From Candidatus Nanosyncoccus sp. (GTDB taxonomy: Bacteria > Patescibacteriota > Saccharimonadia > Saccharimonadales > Saccharimonadaceae), in the NCBI GenBank assembly GCA_045541215.1, contig JAZQIR010000007.1, forward strand, positions 79,167 to 143,166: 64,000 nucleotides of DNA. The letters are read 5' to 3'. The translations under genes and the position numbers were made by a program. Below are positions 59,976-64,000 of the stretch, piece after piece. Each line of letters opens with the position of its first letter. Within the stretch, counting starts at the first letter, position 1. The notes beneath the pieces are model-generated. The model searched no databases, was not told where the DNA came from, and saw nothing but the letters and a program-made list of their open reading frames with translations.

Positions 59976-61403
59976 ATGACCATACATATAATTAAAACCA
60001 AAAGAGCAACATCATACATAAAAGCACCAATACATACAATAATATATGGTATTCCGGCATTACTCTTGATATCAGCAATACTGATTTTAAATTTATTCTT
60101 AATTAGTCCTACCCACGCCGACTCACTCACCTATTCTGTCACTATAGACCCTAGTCTTAATATAGCTCTGTCTTCCAACAGCCTCATTTTAGATTTAAAC
60201 CCAGTCACGAAAGCTTTTGCCACTAGAGATTTAGACGTTACTATATCCAGCAATGGTGGTAATGGCTATAAACTTAATATAACTTCTGATAGTAATACTA
60301 CCAATCTAGTTAATACACTAGATAGCACTAAGACTATTAGCACTCTACCCATTGTTATAGGTACTACTTCCGGTAGTAGTATTACAACTTACACTGAAAG
60401 TGATTTCCCAGTCAACAAATGGGGTTATAAAATAGGTACTACTAGTACTGGCTATCTTCCATTCATTTCTGGTACTACTATTGCTCTAAATAATACTCCT
60501 ACCACAGAAGATACTACTAGACTCACCTTTGCTTCTAAAATAGACTACAGCCAACCCTCAGGTTTATATTCTATCAATCTCACTCTAAATGGCACCGTTA
60601 ACCCTACCAGTCCCCCTTATATGCAAAACTTAGATCCTAGTGTATGCGTCAAAGAACATCCTACCCTAGTAGTAGATTCTAGAGACAATAGATCCTATTA
60701 CATCCAAAGATTGCTAGACAACAAATGTTGGATGATTCAAAATTTAAGATTAGGGCAAGATTTAGAACCAGTTACTGGAGCCTTAATTCTTACAGACCAA
60801 GATACCAATATTAATACGAATGATGCCTACAATCCTAGAAAGGAATTCGTGTTAACAAATAAGCTAGTAGAGGGCAAAATGCCAAGTAAAAAAGTTGATG
60901 ACCCATTGGCTAGCGATGAAATTGGCACTATTTGGGATGATTCTGCTTTTTATTGTACGTCATACGGCTGTTATTATAATTTCTACACCGTTACAGCAGG
61001 TATAAACGCAGAAGGGGATGAAACAGTTACAGGAGAAGTAAATATTACTACTACTATTTGCCCTAAAGGTTGGACCTTGCCTACTGGCAACAAAACTGCC
61101 AGTGATACGTCGGACCTTAAAATATTGGCGTCAGCATATGCATATCAACCCGCAAAGATAATTGTAAATCCCAATTCTGCTACAGAGAATATTAATGGCG
61201 CCTCTACACCTGGATTCACGCTGGGAGGCAATTATCATGCTAACGGAGCCTATCATGTAGGCCAAAGCGGAGATTATTGGACTCGTAGCAACTTTTCGAA
61301 ATCCTACGCTCATGATTTATATTTCAATAGTTCGGTAATCTACTATACTAATCGACATACCAAAGACAATGGCCGTTCCGTCCGCTGCCTCCTCCAAGAA
61401 TAG
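59976..61403 (+). CDS. FISUMP (Fib_succ_major)-domain protein, paralog of 2987-4501
   Basis: Same N-terminal domain (YMQ.L, LASKIDY); CWMIQNL, ICPKGWTLPT, YWTRS, GRSVRCL. Confidence 0.8.
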   Translation: MTIHIIKTKRATSYIKAPIHTIIYGIPALLLISAILILNLFLISPTHADSLTYSVTIDPSLNIALSSNSLILDLNPVTKAFATRDLDVTISSNGGNGYKLNITSDSNTTNLVNTLDSTKTISTLPIVIGTTSGSSITTYTESDFPVNKWGYKIGTTSTGYLPFISGTTIALNNTPTTEDTTRLTFASKIDYSQPSGLYSINLTLNGTVNPTSPPYMQNLDPSVCVKEHPTLVVDSRDNRSYYIQRLLDNKCWMIQNLRLGQDLEPVTGALILTDQDTNINTNDAYNPRKEFVLTNKLVEGKMPSKKVDDPLASDEIGTIWDDSAFYCTSYGCYYNFYTVTAGINAEGDETVTGEVNITTTICPKGWTLPTGNKTASDTSDLKILASAYAYQPAKIIVNPNSATENINGASTPGFTLGGNYHANGAYHVGQSGDYWTRSNFSKSYAHDLYFNSSVIYYTNRHTKDNGRSVRCLLQE

Positions 61404-61410
61404 TAATCCT

Positions 61411-61601
61411 TAAGTACGGGTGGTTGCACATGTTTTTCTAACATCCTAAAATGATTTAAAATTTTAACACGTATATTCCAGACGGACCGGACAGGTTCGT
61501 CTCCTTTAGAAGACGGTTCTGCCCGCGTCCCTGCGTATGACGTGCTTAAAATTTTAAGTCCACGATGTTAGAAAAATATGTGCGACCAAGGCCCGCACTT
61601 A
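61411..61601 (+). ncRNA. 191-nt rod-like RNA candidate (6S-like or palindromic element)
   Basis: 24-bp helix 61422-61445/61564-61587 with 2 G-U pairs, outer helix 61411-61421/61591-61601, AT-rich centre, GC-rich apex. Confidence 0.4.
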
Positions 61602-61608
61602 GAGATTA

Positions 61609-62895
61609 CTAGTTTATCCTTCTATACACATTGTAATGTCTAGCCCCACCCCCAGTTCCTCCATCAGACAAATACACCCCCGCAAAATGTTCACCAGTTC
61701 TATCGTTATACGAAGCCGAGGCCTGCATTTGTACGCCATCTATCTCGCCTAAATACAAATAAATATGCCTTCCATTTTCAGTCGTTACCAAAATATCTCC
61801 CGGCTCAAGATCACTCACATCAGAAGCCTCCACCTTCGTATACATTTCCGTATGCGATAGCATATATTGTTCCTGTACTCCAGGTCCAAAAGTTGGAAAA
61901 TCCGGATCAGAGCCAGAATATCGCATCACTGTGGCTACAAACACATCACAGCTTGCCCCTACTGGCGCACAATCCCCCGCACTTCTACAAGGCTGATTGT
62001 AGGTCCCCACTTCTTTCATTGCATCCACATACTCTGGCTTCGGATCATTTTTAAGATGTCCATGCCCATCCCAAGAAATTAGCAAAGCCGTATCTACAAT
62101 CTCTCCACCTTCATTCTCACAATAAGAATTACCCGCCAATGCTTCATATTTTACGAAGGCACCAAACTGAGTGCTCGTAGAATCTGCTGTATATTTCCCG
62201 TCGTATATATATCTTCCTGGCCAATGGGAATCCATTTCCGCACTAGTAGGATCTCTCCTCGCATCGTAACGATTCATCACATAAGCCGAACCTTCGCCGT
62301 TTCTAGCCTCAGACTCCGAAAACCCCATCGCAATTGCCTTATTTATATAAGCAAGCGAGGCTCCATTATATCTAAAAAACAATCTTTTTATGTTATCTGG
62401 GTCATTCAAATCACCCTCCATCGAATGTATCACCTCAGCGGCAATCATAGTTTGATTTCTAAATTCTTCTTCAGACACACTAGCACTCGGAGCAAATCGA
62501 TTTACACCCGTGCCACCATTAGTATATGAATAAAGCTGATAAATTCCCTGTCCATTTGCAGGATTAAAACGTCTAAGAGCTGTCTCCGAACTATGAATCA
62601 CCGCCAAAATTTGCCACGGAAAATCAAATTTTTCTGCTGCTTCCTCATAAATAGAGCGGTTCTCAGCTATCGCGGCGAGCTCCGCTTCGCTCCATACAGT
62701 TTCTCCTGCATAATTTTGATTACCGCCATCACTTACATCACATTTATCACTATTATTATCCCTATAAAAATAAATACCATTTTGCCCATAAAAATACAGT
62801 TTTGCCTCATCTACCAATTTCAAACCCGATACTGAAGAAGGCATAAAAGCCAAAAGAAGAGCAACAACGCCTATCAAAAAACCCTTGAGTTTCAT
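61609..62895 (-). CDS. Secreted two-domain peptidoglycan hydrolase (lysozyme-like + NlpC/P60/CHAP-like)
   Basis: Signal peptide from ATG 62895; FPWQILAVIHSSET; SCDVFVA...GDILV...HIYLY. Confidence 0.7.
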   Translation of the reverse strand: MKLKGFLIGVVALLLAFMPSSVSGLKLVDEAKLYFYGQNGIYFYRDNNSDKCDVSDGGNQNYAGETVWSEAELAAIAENRSIYEEAAEKFDFPWQILAVIHSSETALRRFNPANGQGIYQLYSYTNGGTGVNRFAPSASVSEEEFRNQTMIAAEVIHSMEGDLNDPDNIKRLFFRYNGASLAYINKAIAMGFSESEARNGEGSAYVMNRYDARRDPTSAEMDSHWPGRYIYDGKYTADSTSTQFGAFVKYEALAGNSYCENEGGEIVDTALLISWDGHGHLKNDPKPEYVDAMKEVGTYNQPCRSAGDCAPVGASCDVFVATVMRYSGSDPDFPTFGPGVQEQYMLSHTEMYTKVEASDVSDLEPGDILVTTENGRHIYLYLGEIDGVQMQASASYNDRTGEHFAGVYLSDGGTGGGARHYNVYRRIN

Positions 62896-63009
62896 AAATA
62901 TATTATAACATAAAATAAGCAAAAAGGAAATTAAAACTTCTGTTTTTGAGTCATAAAATTTTAAGTCCACGACGAAAAAATATAAGTTTAATTTCTTTAC
63001 TATTTTATA

Positions 63010-64000
63010 CTACTTCTGCCCAGGATTTGTGGTAATCAAACTCTCTTCCGTCTCTGACGCAATTACCTGAATATGTACATGGTTCTGCCCAGCAAAGAAC
63101 AATCCTTGTCCAACCGGGAAATTAGCCAAACGTCTTTTTTCTTCTTCTGTTAATTTAAATACATCAGCTAATACATCTACCGCCGATGCAGATTGTTTTA
63201 GCAATAGTTGCATTGAAGAGTTTGCTACAATTGCACGCCCCATTTTCATGCCCATAAAATCTTCTACATCTTGTGTAATAGTAGTAAGACCTAGATAATA
63301 CTTACGTGCTCGTTTTGCTAAAGAAAACAAGAAATTAGCCGAATCTTCGTACTGCATCAATTGCCATGCTTCATCCACAATCAAAAGACGTTTTTTCTGG
63401 TTTGCTCTTACAATATTCCAAATGTGCGAAAGTACAATATACATCGCCACCGGCCGAAGCTCATCTTCAAGATCCCGAATATTAAACACTACCATCTGAT
63501 TATTAATATCCACATTTGACTGTTGTGAAAAAATCCCTGCAAAAGTTCCTGTTGTATATTTGCGAAGTCTTTGTGCTAACTGCGGACCAGTTCCTTCCAT
63601 ATGAAGCAAAGTATCGTATAAATTCATAATCGTTGGTGGCGTAGATTGGTGGGTTAAAGGATCCGAGGTGATCCCCGCCCTTGCATATGTATCTATCAAG
63701 GCTTGATCCAAATCCGCTTCTTCATTCGCAGTCAAAGCCGGACCCATTTGTCCATTCACACTATTACTCGCTCCACCAAGCATCAATCTAAACAAACCAT
63801 GCAAAGTCACCAAATTAGCGCGCAAGGCGTCATTTGCATCTTCACTATCTACTACTTTAGGGAGATCAAACGGGTTAATTCTTACATCAGAATTTAATGA
63901 CAAACGTATGTAAGAACCGCCCACGGCATCACACAATTTTTGATACTCATTTTCTGGATCAATAATAATAATTTCTGCGCCAGTCATCATTGAACGAAGC
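63010..64000 (-). CDS. VirB4-like ATPase, C-terminal part (begins beyond the window)
   Basis: IIIDPENEY, RLLIVDEAWQLM, AKRARKY, TITQDVEDF, GQGLF. Confidence 0.88.
   Translation of the reverse strand, partial: LRSMMTGAEIIIIDPENEYQKLCDAVGGSYIRLSLNSDVRINPFDLPKVVDSEDANDALRANLVTLHGLFRLMLGGASNSVNGQMGPALTANEEADLDQALIDTYARAGITSDPLTHQSTPPTIMNLYDTLLHMEGTGPQLAQRLRKYTTGTFAGIFSQQSNVDINNQMVVFNIRDLEDELRPVAMYIVLSHIWNIVRANQKKRLLIVDEAWQLMQYEDSANFLFSLAKRARKYYLGLTTITQDVEDFMGMKMGRAIVANSSMQLLLKQSASAVDVLADVFKLTEEEKRRLANFPVGQGLFFAGQNHVHIQVIASETEESLITTNPGQK

Noticed and set aside
2987-61403. FISUMP paralogs as diversity-generating retroelement targets
   Set aside because: No reverse transcriptase in the window and no near-identical repeat pair with adenine-specific differences seen.
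813-63897. Most short opposite-strand ORFs in the six-frame track
   Set aside because: They lie antisense within well-supported long genes and have no recognisable motifs.

Overview
AT-rich bacterial chromosome segment using genetic code 11. It most resembles Candidatus Saccharibacteria (Patescibacteria/CPR); this is an inference from the gene set (paralogous FISUMP surface proteins, a chromosomal VirB4, compact intergenic spaces), not a database result. Layout: (1) 1-10 kb: ruvB, dnaK with tandem CIRCE, a FISUMP-domain protein and a small polysaccharide operon. (2) 10.2 kb to about 37.2 kb: tRNA-Lys(CTT) followed by a tandem array of about seven units, separated by copies of one core (TCACCAA) matching the tRNA 3' end. 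Only the first unit has an intact large serine recombinase (LSR). The attachment core lies inside the LSR 3' end, and the displaced C-terminal tail recurs in the array under purifying selection. Cargo includes a dual-MTase/HNH R-M system, DUF6119, redox and metal genes, and a microcin-B17-like Gly/Cys precursor with a fused dehydrogenase-YcaO synthetase. (3) 37-42 kb: secreted proteins with a PLVP[ND]TG sorting signal, TspO, DUF362. (4) 42-56 kb: Wzy-dependent capsule/EPS locus. (5) 56-64 kb: rny, dnaJ with CIRCE, a second FISUMP gene, a 191-nt rod-like RNA candidate, a two-domain peptidoglycan hydrolase and a partial VirB4. Non-coding highlights are a covarying crossed-helix RNA motif upstream of both FISUMP genes and two homologous GC-rich palindromes inserted in-frame in adjacent genes. 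All calls come from manual reading and motif recognition; no searches were run.
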